From: Candidatus Latescibacterota bacterium
GTDB lineage: Bacteria; Latescibacterota; UBA2968
Assembly: GCA_965208125.1 (NCBI GenBank)
Contig: OZ242320.1
Coordinates: 4,864,001-4,928,000 of the forward strand
Direction of reading: 5' to 3'
Length of the DNA stretch: 64,000 bases
Positions 48,801-58,345 of the stretch are shown here, one piece after another. The first letter of the stretch is position 1. Every line of letters starts with the position of its first letter. The notes below the pieces were generated by a model. It had not been told where the DNA came from and did not search any database. It saw only the letters and a program-made list of their open reading frames with translations. The translations under genes were made by a program, and so were the position numbers.

Positions 48801-49740
48801 AATCGTAACAGATGGGCAATTGCAGATTGAGGGAACGCCGCAGGGCAACAATGTCAAGGGCAAGTTGGCGATGAAACAGGCTGAGATTCGCTTGGCAGAA
48901 TTGCTCGGAGTACCAAGCCTGACGACGAAACAGGCAGATATTCGCTTGACGGAATTGTTCGAAGGACCGGGTACGGAAATGCCACCATTTCTGAGTGCTC
49001 CGGAAATACGCCTGCAAGTGTCTGCTGACAGACAGGTGTGGTTGCGCGATCCGGCCTTTGAGGTTGAAATTGGGGGTGATCTGGATATAATAAAAAATCG
49101 CGAAGATTCGCGTATTTATGGCACGATGTCGAGCCGCCGGGGCAATTACATCTGGCAAAACCACCGCTTGCGTATTACACAGGGCGAGGTTCAATTTCAG
49201 GGCAGGCCCGACTGGAATCCCGACCTGGACATTCGCGCCGAGACGCGTGTGCGTGCTGTGGATAGGGGGCCTGTCGATATTATTGTCACAGTGGGGGGAA
49301 CTTTGACGTATCCACAGATTTCGTTTGACAGCAGCGATCCGTCATTTGGAGGGGATGTGGGGGATATTGCATCTCTATTGTTGACTGGTAGATCGGCTGA
49401 CCAATTTAAGTTTTCCCGCGAGCACACCCTGGACCTATTTGCGGGGGTTGTTGCAAATCGCCTGGGGCGACACATCGGGGAAAAATTACATCTGGATGTA
49501 GTGGAAATCGACTTTGGCGAAGGCAGTATCTCCAAGATTCGATTGGGCAAGTATATTGGAGACAGGTTGTTTATGAGTTATGCAAAGGATATTTCGAGCA
49601 CGGCTTATGAAGCGGCGATGGAGTTTGAAGTATTGTCAGGGCTGACATTGGAAGCGAGTCAGATAGAAGAGGTGCATGAAGATACAAAGTATCGACGCAG
49701 GCGAGGATCGGTAGGGTTGTTCTGGAAAAAAGAGTGGTAA
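45856..49740 (+). CDS. tamB: Translocation and assembly module TamB-like protein
   Basis: N-terminal TM anchor, long beta-rich body, C-terminal DUF490-like region (F.G.PDWNPDLDIRA, LGKYIGDRLFMSY). Confidence 0.82.
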   Translation: MSRRAKSIIWILVSAGIVLAVGTILVAGGYANGILRDLAQRALSRQGGEVCLIGEIQGNPLGDCRIVDVQVGDWVRVDTLNVAYSFGSLLIGKVVVHRLRLSGIEMRIDASGEETETPRWGVPPPLDLAIESLEIANANVIVDGTQVRDISLKGAIFAGESEYRLILERFRSVQFDPPLEVSNLSGIAILQADHLQLKDVALHTHGSRILLSGSMRQLDNPEVDFVVKADSLRLVDLKPLIDLPTRAMQMRGNLKGSLQSLVTELVVEDEEVSVGFNGVMGIAPSAVRGDAVFKIETNDLISLGYTGLDADLPRISTSLDGMITFAVDSSGVESAVAEGVFRRVQFGDARFDSVRFAVNLANDLLQTQITANGPSGNIAGSGEARLTTWDGEWEMRFRDLHAGHFPGMPKEVGPTTGRIDGARYVDQRLFIDHFETTFQNWGSRVNGNGRLHFENEKLAIAGNIQADVVLSSLTGTDRWGTSLTLAGNVEGMVEGDLTAELAGNIADNAAADSLHISALVNSEGRSDIRAELSGAGGVFSTQGHIDRHSEGQWLMDVQDLEAIGEVIGIDLSGAMALSGTWSGTLDAPGFSAQGGADSLVIEGIPLQNVAIETQWTRPDSGAVTLKVDRLTWGERSLQAVFFNAAYNRGETLFLLGSGEQVDDQILFQGRAKQEAEHLQVAMDSLYVKVDQMVLHNEGPVRFAYSPSHGVHIGHLVLSGPAGGRLIAQDQQGFQATVEVLLKDLDLRPWAFMAGATGMGGILNGEVLFAGTLTDPLIFIQFALAKGKISGVGFDSATGEMSLGNDRIHFEVKVVPDGDEVLALFGSFPLAGTGDMHLRARSEGIALRTGQNTADEKTELVGIKRSEELTLGTAPNAFFDAAEGISGVLSFDLEARGHFVQPDIRGVLEIRDGTFHMPDLNRSYTPVSGRAVFGEGKIQIDSLAIGNSANLSGDITLEGFLPSRWDLSAQFRDFEPVARSELQIVTDGQLQIEGTPQGNNVKGKLAMKQAEIRLAELLGVPSLTTKQADIRLTELFEGPGTEMPPFLSAPEIRLQVSADRQVWLRDPAFEVEIGGDLDIIKNREDSRIYGTMSSRRGNYIWQNHRLRITQGEVQFQGRPDWNPDLDIRAETRVRAVDRGPVDIIVTVGGTLTYPQISFDSSDPSFGGDVGDIASLLLTGRSADQFKFSREHTLDLFAGVVANRLGRHIGEKLHLDVVEIDFGEGSISKIRLGKYIGDRLFMSYAKDISSTAYEAAMEFEVLSGLTLEASQIEEVHEDTKYRRRRGSVGLFWKKEW

Positions 49741-49775
49741 AGAGAAAGCGTGGAAGCGAAGCAAGTATTGTATAG

Positions 49776-49815
49776 AAACTGCTATCCGAAAAATATCGGA
49801 GGGTAGTTTTTCTTT
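49776..49815. terminator. Bidirectional terminator between convergent tamB and the asnB-like gene
   Basis: AAACTGCT.TCCGA...TCGGA.GGTAGTTT hairpin with T-rich tail. Confidence 0.5.
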
Positions 49816-51514
49816 ATGGAGTAATCTTTAGAAGTTCAGCCACTTCTTCTGATGTGCGGTATTTACCGTCAAAAAGTTGGAGAAGATAGAGTTGATAGGT
49901 CATGTAGCGCCCCAGAATAACAGTGTGGTCTTCACCTGCGAGGTGGCGTTGCCAAAGTTTGGAGGTGTTAGATGTGTTGTAGAGAAGATGATCGCACAAA
50001 TTTTTGCCCGGCGATTGGCGCAACCAATTGGCGTAATCGGCAAAGGTCTGGGACGTGGGGTTGCGCAATCCTGTGAGTCTCCGCAGAATTTTGACGGTCC
50101 AGGAAGAATGAGATATGGGAAATCCTGTGGCTTGATAGGGAATATCCTTGAAATATTCGGGAAAGGTATCGAGAAGCATTTGTCGGTAAAGGCGATTGTT
50201 AGCTTTTTGTTGCAGGGGAATAGAATAGAGAAATTCTTGTACCTGATTGTCGAGAAATGGCAAGCGGTATTCGAGGCCGTGTAAAAGTCCCAGACGGGGA
50301 CCGTAAATGGTGAACCCACGCATACGCCAGTCTATGTAAAAAGCGTGTGCCGATCCCACTTTACTAAATGCGGTTTTGAGGTGTTGGGCCGTGTTGCGAT
50401 CTGCCTGGACGTGTAGCTTATTTTTCAGGTAAGCAGAGAGTCCGTTTGGATAAAATAGATGGCCCGCACCTGCCAATCCATCGCCTCCCGCCCCATTAAG
50501 GTAGATATCACAGGCTTCTTTCTGTTGCTTGAGGTGTTCAATACCGTGCATATGGAGGAAATCGAGCGCGCCATCGGCATACCACACGCCGGAGATTCTC
50601 GGCAAGAGCCAATTTTGACTGTGGATAGGGAGAATGGTGTGTGGTGCGTTTTTTACGGATGCGGCCTGGGCTGCAATGCGAACATCTGCGCTGTCGGGAT
50701 GACCGAATGTGAAGATTTGAGGCGTGCCGGGCATGGCGGCGAGGATAGCACGCGAATCGAGGCCACCGCTGAGAGCGAGACCGGTTTGTGGCGAGGTTCT
50801 CTGTTCCACGGCAGTGCGAAAGCGCGCGCTCAATTCATGTGCCAATTCGAGTTGGCTGTGATGCCCAGTGAGAGGGGCAATTTCATCCCATGACCAGTAG
50901 CGCTGCTGTGTAAGACTACCATCCGAGATGCAAAATGTCATTTGCGTTGCAGGAGGCACGGGCGCAACGTCTTTGAGCCATGTGCGATCAGAAGGCAATT
51001 GTCCGGTGGAGAAAAACATGTCGCGAGAAATGGGGTCAATCACAGGCGAAAATTCAGGTAGCGCGAGGAAGGCTTTGGTCTGAGATGCCCAGGCAATGCG
51101 ATTGCCCAGGCGCGTCCAGTAGAGCGGTCGCAAACCATAGCGGTCGGTGATAATGTGTAGTTCATTTTTGTGCGTATCGAAAATTACGCCAGAAAAAAGG
51201 CCATCGATGCGGTTCAATTGTTCGCTCTCGCCTGTGATAGTCTGAATCAAAAATTCGGGGTCAGAGGTAGCAGAGCGAGTCAGCGCGGCGCGATTAAAAA
51301 ATTCACCGTCGAGCCAGACAATATGTCCCGTTTCTGTCTGGCAAACTGGGGGTGTGGTACACCAATCTGGTGCGAATGCAACGCCTGCAAGATGCGGGGC
51401 AAAGACGGTGCGGTGCGCTTTTTGATGTACGACAAGGCTATCTACCATGCGCGTGAGCGAGTGGGTGAGTTCACGAGGTGTAAGAGGCGATTGGGATATG
51501 AATCCTGCGAGCAT
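49814..51514 (-). CDS. Asparagine synthetase B-like amidotransferase lacking the N-terminal catalytic Cys
   Basis: LDGEFFN, TDRYGLRPLY, LSGGLDSR, NGAGGD, RLPFLD; N-terminus MLAGFIS. Confidence 0.8.
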   Translation of the reverse strand: MLAGFISQSPLTPRELTHSLTRMVDSLVVHQKAHRTVFAPHLAGVAFAPDWCTTPPVCQTETGHIVWLDGEFFNRAALTRSATSDPEFLIQTITGESEQLNRIDGLFSGVIFDTHKNELHIITDRYGLRPLYWTRLGNRIAWASQTKAFLALPEFSPVIDPISRDMFFSTGQLPSDRTWLKDVAPVPPATQMTFCISDGSLTQQRYWSWDEIAPLTGHHSQLELAHELSARFRTAVEQRTSPQTGLALSGGLDSRAILAAMPGTPQIFTFGHPDSADVRIAAQAASVKNAPHTILPIHSQNWLLPRISGVWYADGALDFLHMHGIEHLKQQKEACDIYLNGAGGDGLAGAGHLFYPNGLSAYLKNKLHVQADRNTAQHLKTAFSKVGSAHAFYIDWRMRGFTIYGPRLGLLHGLEYRLPFLDNQVQEFLYSIPLQQKANNRLYRQMLLDTFPEYFKDIPYQATGFPISHSSWTVKILRRLTGLRNPTSQTFADYANWLRQSPGKNLCDHLLYNTSNTSKLWQRHLAGEDHTVILGRYMTYQLYLLQLFDGKYRTSEEVAELLKITP

Positions 51515-51586
51515 AAAGAATGCCTTTTTGACTACCAACTGAAGTTCTTTCGAGATTAGGTGTAATCAATATAAGAAAAACTTCAT

Positions 51587-51612
51587 TATTTCACTTTTCA
51601 TTTTTCGTTTTT
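51587..51612 (-). repeat. Short 7-nt tandem array
   Basis: tttcact tttcatt tttcgtt on the plus strand (aacgaaa aatgaaa agtgaaa on minus). Confidence 0.5.
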
Positions 51613-51665
51613 ATTGGTACAATACAGCGGTTCTAATATCATCGCATTTAACCACAGAGGTCGGA

Positions 51666-52877
51666 ATGACAGAGAAGAACTACAAGGTTCGCGCGGCGCA
51701 TTGCAATTGGCGAGCATCGGAAGAAGAAATATACCGGACGTTGTGCCGCATTACAGATCCATTGCATCGGTCGTGGGAAAAGCTGGAGAAAGCCAATCGG
51801 ATTGTGATTAAGTTCAATATGATGAAGCTACACAACCGCATTATTTATTATATGGGGCGGCGGCGCGAGTTGGTCGATGATATGGTCGCACGCGCTGTTT
51901 TGCGTTTGTTGCGAGAACGAACCCGTGCGGAAATTATTGCGACGGATACCAATCCCTATACGCGCGAACATCTGATGGGTGAGGATTTTAATTACGCGCA
52001 TATTTTGAAAGAATACGATGTGGGGTTTGTCGATTCAAATGCGCCGCCGTTCAAACAGTATGACGTGCCAGGCGGCGGATGTATGTTTGATCGCTATACG
52101 CTCAGCGCGTGTTTTGAAGGGGCAGAGGTGGTTTCTGTGGCGAAGATGAAGAATCATCTGTTTATGGGGATTACGCTTTGCATGAAAAACCTCTTTGGCT
52201 TGCCTCCAATCACGCTGCCACACGGCCGCGTGAGATCCTATTATCACCACTTTATCCGCCTGTCTTATGTGTTGCCCGATTTGGGATTGATCACCCAACC
52301 TTGTCTGAATATTGTGGATGCACTAACCGGGCAATGGGGTAGAGAATGGGGCGGACAGGGGCGTATTTGCAATGCGTTATTAGCCGGTGACCATGTAACC
52401 GCAACGGATGCTTGTGGTGCCCATTTGATGGGTCACGATCCTGCGTCTGATTGGCCTAATCCACCATTTCGGCGCGACCGCAACCATTTGTTGATCGCAG
52501 ACAGACGCGGTTTTGGTACGGTTGATCTGAACGAGATCGATTTTGAGAGCGAAGTTTCTGCACCTCTGGCTGAGTTTGATTCAGAGCGCACAGATAGCGA
52601 GAAAATTGTGGAAAGCTGGCGTCGCACCACCTGTGAGCAGGCCCTGCTTTACCAGGACCATCGGCGGGATATCGTTGACCGATATCGGAATGAATTTATC
52701 TTTTTGCAAGATGGCGATGTGGTCTGGCACGGTGCAGATCCCGCTAATTTGGGCAGCCGCAGGCAGTTGAGTGGACAAAAAAAGGACCAAGGGATGTGGC
52801 TTAAGCTGGTCGATCCCGAAGAAACCGAAGGCGAACGCTTTGAGACTTATGAGGCGTGTTTGAGAATGACGGGGTGA
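51666..52877 (+). CDS. DUF362 family protein with C-terminal extension
   Basis: IVIKFN, VSVAKMKNH..GITLCMKNLFG, NIVDAL.GQ, D.TATD...A.LMG.DP. Confidence 0.8.
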   Translation: MTEKNYKVRAAHCNWRASEEEIYRTLCRITDPLHRSWEKLEKANRIVIKFNMMKLHNRIIYYMGRRRELVDDMVARAVLRLLRERTRAEIIATDTNPYTREHLMGEDFNYAHILKEYDVGFVDSNAPPFKQYDVPGGGCMFDRYTLSACFEGAEVVSVAKMKNHLFMGITLCMKNLFGLPPITLPHGRVRSYYHHFIRLSYVLPDLGLITQPCLNIVDALTGQWGREWGGQGRICNALLAGDHVTATDACGAHLMGHDPASDWPNPPFRRDRNHLLIADRRGFGTVDLNEIDFESEVSAPLAEFDSERTDSEKIVESWRRTTCEQALLYQDHRRDIVDRYRNEFIFLQDGDVVWHGADPANLGSRRQLSGQKKDQGMWLKLVDPEETEGERFETYEACLRMTG

Positions 52878-52905
52878 CGAATAGACGAATAGACGAATAG
52901 ACGAA
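52876..52905 (+). repeat. Octamer tandem repeat (GACGAATA) x3.75
   Basis: gacgaata gacgaata gacgaata gacgaa, starting within the stop codon. Confidence 0.9.
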
Positions 52906-52996
52906 CCCCGCCCGTCACCCCAAGTCAGTGCGAGCTTCGATAAACTGCTGACGCAGTTGTACACCGTTCCGTTGATTCATTTAAGTCAGTAAACTT

Positions 52997-53758
52997 ATGC
53001 ATACCTGCTTAGAACCAAATACGGCCCATGTCTGGGCAGTGGATTTAGAGCGCGAGACATTTGATGGTCATATGTTGGCCGAGACGCTATCGGCAGATGA
53101 GTGGGGGCGTGCTGACAGGTTTGTCTATGAAAAGCACCGGGCGCATTTTGTTGCCGCACGCGGCTATCTGCGCGCGATTCTCGCCAAATATATGCAGTGC
53201 AAGCCAGGTGAACTGGCTTTTTTTTATGGCGAACACGGCAAACCCGCTCTGGCATCCCCGTGGGACAAATCCCAATTGCAATTCAACCTGAGCCATGCGG
53301 CTGGATTGGCCCTTATTGCGATTTCCTCGCGCTGTAAAATTGGGGTTGATGTTGAGCATCTCAGTCGTAAGGTCGGCCATATGCAAGACATCGCGAAACG
53401 TTTTTTTGCACCTGGTGAATACGAGCGGTTGCGTGCGTTGCCGCGAGAAGAACAGCGTCGGGCTTTTTTTTCTTGCTGGACGCGCAAAGAGGCATATCTG
53501 AAAGCTGTGGGCACTGGTCTTGCCCAGTCCTTAAAAAATTTTGAAGTTAGTTTGGGACGCAAGGCAAAATTGTTGTGGATAAAAAAAGGCAATATAGAGG
53601 ATTGGACACTGCGACACCTCGAACCAGCGAAGGGTTATGTCGGATCGGTGGCGATTGCGGGAAAAGATGTTGAGGTGAAGATCGTGAAACACTTTATGCC
53701 CGACCTTTGTCTGAACAATAATGGTGCGAACGCGAAATGCAGAGCAGTATCTCTGTAA
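52997..53758 (+). CDS. Sfp-type 4'-phosphopantetheinyl transferase
   Basis: GKP, FNLSH, IGVDVE, WTRKEAYLKAVGTGL. Confidence 0.92.
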   Translation: MHTCLEPNTAHVWAVDLERETFDGHMLAETLSADEWGRADRFVYEKHRAHFVAARGYLRAILAKYMQCKPGELAFFYGEHGKPALASPWDKSQLQFNLSHAAGLALIAISSRCKIGVDVEHLSRKVGHMQDIAKRFFAPGEYERLRALPREEQRRAFFSCWTRKEAYLKAVGTGLAQSLKNFEVSLGRKAKLLWIKKGNIEDWTLRHLEPAKGYVGSVAIAGKDVEVKIVKHFMPDLCLNNNGANAKCRAVSL

Positions 53759-53777
53759 CCGTCCGATGCAGGAGTAG

Positions 53778-56006
53778 ATGATGAATCGTTTACTGGATAA
53801 TGGACAAAACGGTAGTTTGAATTGGTTGAGACACGCTTTGCCCGAAGGCGAAGATGAGCTTATCCGGGTGCAGACTGATCTTGATGAAAAAGGCGACTTT
53901 GGAAACCAGTGGGTGGTGGTGACGCGCAATCGCGTGCTGGTGCGGCAAAATGGCTCGATAGCAGATATTCCTATTTCAGAAATAGAACTGGCGCGAACAG
54001 AGGCTCTGGTGGGCGGTGCGCGTCTGGAAATTCATCGAAAAAATAAGCCGACCATTCATGTTCCGTATTCCCTGACGCAGGCACAAAAATTTTCGGAGAC
54101 CACGCGAGGGATCGAGCAACTGCGCAAGGGGCAAGAATTTTTTATCAATGCGCATCTGGATCGCACAATCTGCGAATTGTGTGGTAGGCTATTGCCCGAA
54201 AAAAATGGGATATGTCCGGCCTGTTTGAACAAATTTGCAACGTTGGGACGCATTGCATCGTATTTGAAGCCCTACAAAATACGCGCAATTGTGCTGGCTC
54301 TGGCGTCTATTGTGACGACGGTTGCCGAATTGATTCCGCCTTACGTGACCAAGCTCATTGTCGATGATGTGCTGGTGCTGCCCGAGGGCGCGGAGATGCT
54401 GTACGACGAGCGGCTCAGTTTGCTCGGCTGGCTCGTGCTGGCTCTGGTGGGTATCAGACTGATAACCTGGGGGGCAGAATGGGCGCACGGCTGGACAGTT
54501 ACGTGGCTTTCCGCACGGGTGACTGCGGACATCCGCAGCCAGCTCTACAGGCGTTTGGAATTACTATCCCTGCAATTTTACGACAAACGGCAAGTAGGCG
54601 CTGTGATGTCTCGCGTGACGACAGATAGCAGTCGTTTACAGATGTTTTTGGTCGATGGATTGCCCTATCTGGTGATCGAGGCGATGATGTTGCTGGGAAT
54701 TCTCGCAGCGCTATTTATGATGAGTTGGTCACTGGCTATCCTCGTGCTGATTCCCGTTCCGTTAATCATGATCTGGGGATATGCGTTTTATCGTCGGATG
54801 CGGAAATATTTTACCCGCTGGATGCAGTCGTGGTCTGAAACTATGGCGCGGGTCAATGAAGCGCTCACAGGCATTCGCGTGGTGAAGGCATTTGCACAGG
54901 AAAAGCAGGAAATTCGGGTGTTCAAAAGGCGCAATGATAAATTGACGCGCATCGGTATTACTACAGAGGTCAATCGGGGCATTTTTTACAAAACGATGAC
55001 CTTATTGACGGCGGCTGGCGTGATTATTGTATGGTATTATGGAGGGCTTGAGGTAATTGATGGGGAGTTGACGCTTGGCACTTTGATGGCTTTTTACAGT
55101 TATATGATGTTGCTCTACGGCCCCTTGGAATGGTTTGGGATGGTCAATTCGTGGATGACGCGTGCAATGGCCGGTGCAGAGCGAATTTTTGAGATTATCG
55201 ACACGCCCTCCGAGGCGTATCAAGATCCCAATGCCGTGCCGATGCCGCATATTGAAGGGCGCGTGAAGTTCGATGACGTCACATTTGGATATGACAAGAG
55301 CAAGCCCGTGCTTCACGAAATCAATCTCGATGTCAAACCGGGGGAGATGATCGGGCTGGTGGGAAAATCTGGCGTGGGCAAGACGACAACGGTAAATCTG
55401 ATTTGTCGGTTCTACGATGTTGACCGCGGAAGCATTGAGGTGGATGGGGTGAATTTGCGCGATATTCGGCTGGAGGATTTGCGATCTCAAATTGGCATTG
55501 TGTTGCAAGAGCCGTTTCTGTTTTCGGGCAGTATTGCGGAAAATATCGGCTATGGTAAGCCGAGCGCGACATTCGATGAGATTGTGGAAGCGGCCAGGGC
55601 TGCCCATGCACACGACTTTATCGTGACAAAGCCCGATGGTTACGATACGCTTATCGGCGAGCGAGGAGAATCGCTTTCGGGGGGTGAACGGCAGCGCGTG
55701 TCCATTGCACGGGCCATTTTACACGATCCCAGGATTTTGATCTTAGACGAGGCCACATCGTCTGTTGATGTGCAAACGGAAAAACGCATTCAAGATGCGG
55801 TTGTGCGATTGGTCAAAGGACGAACGACTTTTGCTATAGCCCACCGTTTATCCACCCTTCGCAATGCCGATCGACTGGTGGTGATGGACGCCGGACGCAT
55901 TGTGGAAATGGGAACGCACCGCGAATTGCTGGAACAGAAAGGCATGTTTTACAAATTGGTGCAGATGCAAGAAGAGATTTCACAGATTATTGCAATTAAG
56001 GAATAG
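53778..56006 (+). CDS. ABC exporter (TMD+NBD) with N-terminal accessory domain and Zn ribbon
   Basis: CELC...CPAC; GKSGVGKT, LSGGERQR, ILDEATS, IAHRLST. Confidence 0.93.
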   Translation: MMNRLLDNGQNGSLNWLRHALPEGEDELIRVQTDLDEKGDFGNQWVVVTRNRVLVRQNGSIADIPISEIELARTEALVGGARLEIHRKNKPTIHVPYSLTQAQKFSETTRGIEQLRKGQEFFINAHLDRTICELCGRLLPEKNGICPACLNKFATLGRIASYLKPYKIRAIVLALASIVTTVAELIPPYVTKLIVDDVLVLPEGAEMLYDERLSLLGWLVLALVGIRLITWGAEWAHGWTVTWLSARVTADIRSQLYRRLELLSLQFYDKRQVGAVMSRVTTDSSRLQMFLVDGLPYLVIEAMMLLGILAALFMMSWSLAILVLIPVPLIMIWGYAFYRRMRKYFTRWMQSWSETMARVNEALTGIRVVKAFAQEKQEIRVFKRRNDKLTRIGITTEVNRGIFYKTMTLLTAAGVIIVWYYGGLEVIDGELTLGTLMAFYSYMMLLYGPLEWFGMVNSWMTRAMAGAERIFEIIDTPSEAYQDPNAVPMPHIEGRVKFDDVTFGYDKSKPVLHEINLDVKPGEMIGLVGKSGVGKTTTVNLICRFYDVDRGSIEVDGVNLRDIRLEDLRSQIGIVLQEPFLFSGSIAENIGYGKPSATFDEIVEAARAAHAHDFIVTKPDGYDTLIGERGESLSGGERQRVSIARAILHDPRILILDEATSSVDVQTEKRIQDAVVRLVKGRTTFAIAHRLSTLRNADRLVVMDAGRIVEMGTHRELLEQKGMFYKLVQMQEEISQIIAIKE

Positions 56007-56012
56007 CTTCAC

Positions 56013-58292
56013 ATGAATTATGTACCTGGAAAACCATTGATCGAAAGACTTCCGCCATCCGTGGCAAAAAAACTGAATGAGGCGAAGCCCAATGGCGAGA
56101 CTGTGCTGATGCAGGTGGCGACAGATCTGGACGCGTCCCTGAATTACAACCCGCAGTGGGTGGTGGTGACCGATCAACAGGTGCTGGTGATCCCCGAATC
56201 GGGTGTGGATGGCACGCAGACGATGGCGATTGGCGATGTGGAAGACGTGAAAGTGGAGGAGCATGTGGGGTTGGGCGCTCTGGCGTTGACGCACAAAGCA
56301 GGACCCGAGATACATGTATCTTATTCGCCATCTCTTACCGCTGTGTTTGCCGAAGTGGCCGATGGCATCCGGCAGTTGAAGGACAATGAGCCACTAATAT
56401 TGCCCACAGAATTAGAACAGACGCATTGCGAGAATTGTGGCAAGAGATTGCCCGAAAAGAATGGGGTGTGTGCTGCGTGTTTGAAAAAGTGGCAGACGTT
56501 TCGACGCATTGTGAGTTATATGGCCGCTTATCCCGTGCGCCTGGTCACCACCATAGCCCTGACATTTGTCAGCGCTTTATTTACGCTGTTGCCACCCAAA
56601 ATTACGGAGTATGTGATTGACGGTGTTTTGACAGCGGGCTGGGACGCGGTTACAATTCCATTAATTGCTTCAACAGATCGCCTTAATCGCTTGGGACTGT
56701 TGATTTTAGGGCTTGTTATTATACGGCTATTAATCTGGGGCGTCGATGTGGTGATGGCTGCGCTGAGCCGATCATTGGGGTTGCGCGCTATCGGCGATTT
56801 GCGGGAAGATCTCTACCGCGCGTTTCAGATGGTGCCCGTTCGCTTTTACGATCGGCGAAAAGTAGGTGCGCTGACGTCCCGCATGAATAATGATACGGAC
56901 CGCATGGAAGTGATCATGACGTATGATTTTTATTATGTGTTTTCCAACAGTTTGTTATTTGTCGGTATTTTGGGCTTTCTGGCGTGGATGAACTGGCAAC
57001 TCACACTATTTGTGGTGGCACCTATTCCGCTGATTGTGTTCGCCGGCACACGGATATGGTACCGCATTATGACATTCTGGACGCAGTGGTCGGGAAAGTG
57101 GGGCAGACTTTCAGCGCAGTTGAATGAGTCAATTCACGGTATTCGCGTTGTAAAAGCATTTGCACAGGAAGCAAAAGAGAGCGAGCGTTTTGACCAATAC
57201 AACGAAGATTTGCGCGATGTGGATACCAGAGGTGAACGGGCCTGGTTTGTTTTTTGGACCGTGACAAATCTGTTTATGAACGTGGGGGTGTTTTTTGTAT
57301 GGTACTTCGGCGGCAGACAGATTCTGGGCGGCGAATTGACGTTGGGTGCGTTAATCGCATTTATGAGTTATCTCTGGATGTTGTACCAGCCACTGCGCTG
57401 GTTTGGCGATTTCTACAGTTATATTTTGCGGGCATTTGCCGGCGCGCAGCGCGTGTTCGAAGTGATTGATTCCGAACCCGAGCCATACCAAAAACCCGAT
57501 GCTGTGCGCTTGCCTAAAATTGAGGGACATCTGGAGTTCGAGTCCGTGTTCTTTGGTTATGATCCCGGCAAGCCCGTGCTCAAAGGAATTGACCTGGAGG
57601 TGAAGGCGGGTGAGATGATTGGGCTTGTGGGCAAATCCGGTGCTGGCAAGTCAACGTTGATCAATCTGGTGTGTCGGTTTTACGATCCCGACCGCGGGCA
57701 GTTGTTGATAGATGGCGTACCGATGACCGATGTGAATTTGCGCGATTTGCGATCCCAAATTGGGATGGTGCATCAGCAGCCCTTTTTGTTTGATGGCACA
57801 ATTGCCGAAAATATCGCCTATGGCAAACCAGACGCGACCTTTGACGAGGTGATGCGCGCCGCAATCGCAGCCGAAGCACACGAGTTCATTGTCAAAAAAC
57901 CCGATGGTTATGACATGCGGGTAGGAGAAAGCGGCGGACGTCTTTCAGGCGGAGAAAAGCAACGGGTGTCTATCGCGCGGGCAATTTTGCACAATCCGCG
58001 GATTCTCATTCTCGATGAAGCCACGTCTTCGCTGGATACACCTACCGAGAAGAAGATACAGGTGGCGATTGCGCGCCTGGTCGAGGGGCGCACGACATTT
58101 GCTATTGCACACCGTTTGTCAACCCTTCGCAGTGCAGATCGGCTCGTGGTTATGGATGAAGGCAATATCGCCGAAGTTGGTACGCATCAGGAGTTGATGG
58201 ACCGGGAAGGCATTTTTTATCGCCTGGTCAAGACGCAGCAAGAGACGACGCTGGATATGTTTATGACTGCGGTGGGGATAGAGTTGGAGTGA
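56013..58292 (+). CDS. ABC exporter (TMD+NBD), paralog of the upstream gene
   Basis: CENC...CAAC; GKSGAGKS, LSGGEKQR, ILDEATS, IAHRLST. Confidence 0.93.
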   Translation: MNYVPGKPLIERLPPSVAKKLNEAKPNGETVLMQVATDLDASLNYNPQWVVVTDQQVLVIPESGVDGTQTMAIGDVEDVKVEEHVGLGALALTHKAGPEIHVSYSPSLTAVFAEVADGIRQLKDNEPLILPTELEQTHCENCGKRLPEKNGVCAACLKKWQTFRRIVSYMAAYPVRLVTTIALTFVSALFTLLPPKITEYVIDGVLTAGWDAVTIPLIASTDRLNRLGLLILGLVIIRLLIWGVDVVMAALSRSLGLRAIGDLREDLYRAFQMVPVRFYDRRKVGALTSRMNNDTDRMEVIMTYDFYYVFSNSLLFVGILGFLAWMNWQLTLFVVAPIPLIVFAGTRIWYRIMTFWTQWSGKWGRLSAQLNESIHGIRVVKAFAQEAKESERFDQYNEDLRDVDTRGERAWFVFWTVTNLFMNVGVFFVWYFGGRQILGGELTLGALIAFMSYLWMLYQPLRWFGDFYSYILRAFAGAQRVFEVIDSEPEPYQKPDAVRLPKIEGHLEFESVFFGYDPGKPVLKGIDLEVKAGEMIGLVGKSGAGKSTLINLVCRFYDPDRGQLLIDGVPMTDVNLRDLRSQIGMVHQQPFLFDGTIAENIAYGKPDATFDEVMRAAIAAEAHEFIVKKPDGYDMRVGESGGRLSGGEKQRVSIARAILHNPRILILDEATSSLDTPTEKKIQVAIARLVEGRTTFAIAHRLSTLRSADRLVVMDEGNIAEVGTHQELMDREGIFYRLVKTQQETTLDMFMTAVGIELE

Positions 58293-58295
58293 ATG

Positions 58296-58330
58296 AATTA
58301 AAAATTAAAAATTGAGAATTAAGAATTATT
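58296..58330 (+). repeat. 7-nt tandem array, 5 units
   Basis: aattaaa aattaaa aattgag aattaag aattatt. Confidence 0.75.
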
Positions 58331-58345
58331 TGATCGGAGATTTTG

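Noticed and set aside
49814-51665. Lasso peptide cluster
   Set aside because: No precursor ORF, B1/RRE or B2 protease visible near the AsnB-like gene
52876-52905. CRISPR array
   Set aside because: All repeats in the window are 7-8-nt tandem units without spacers, and there are no cas genes
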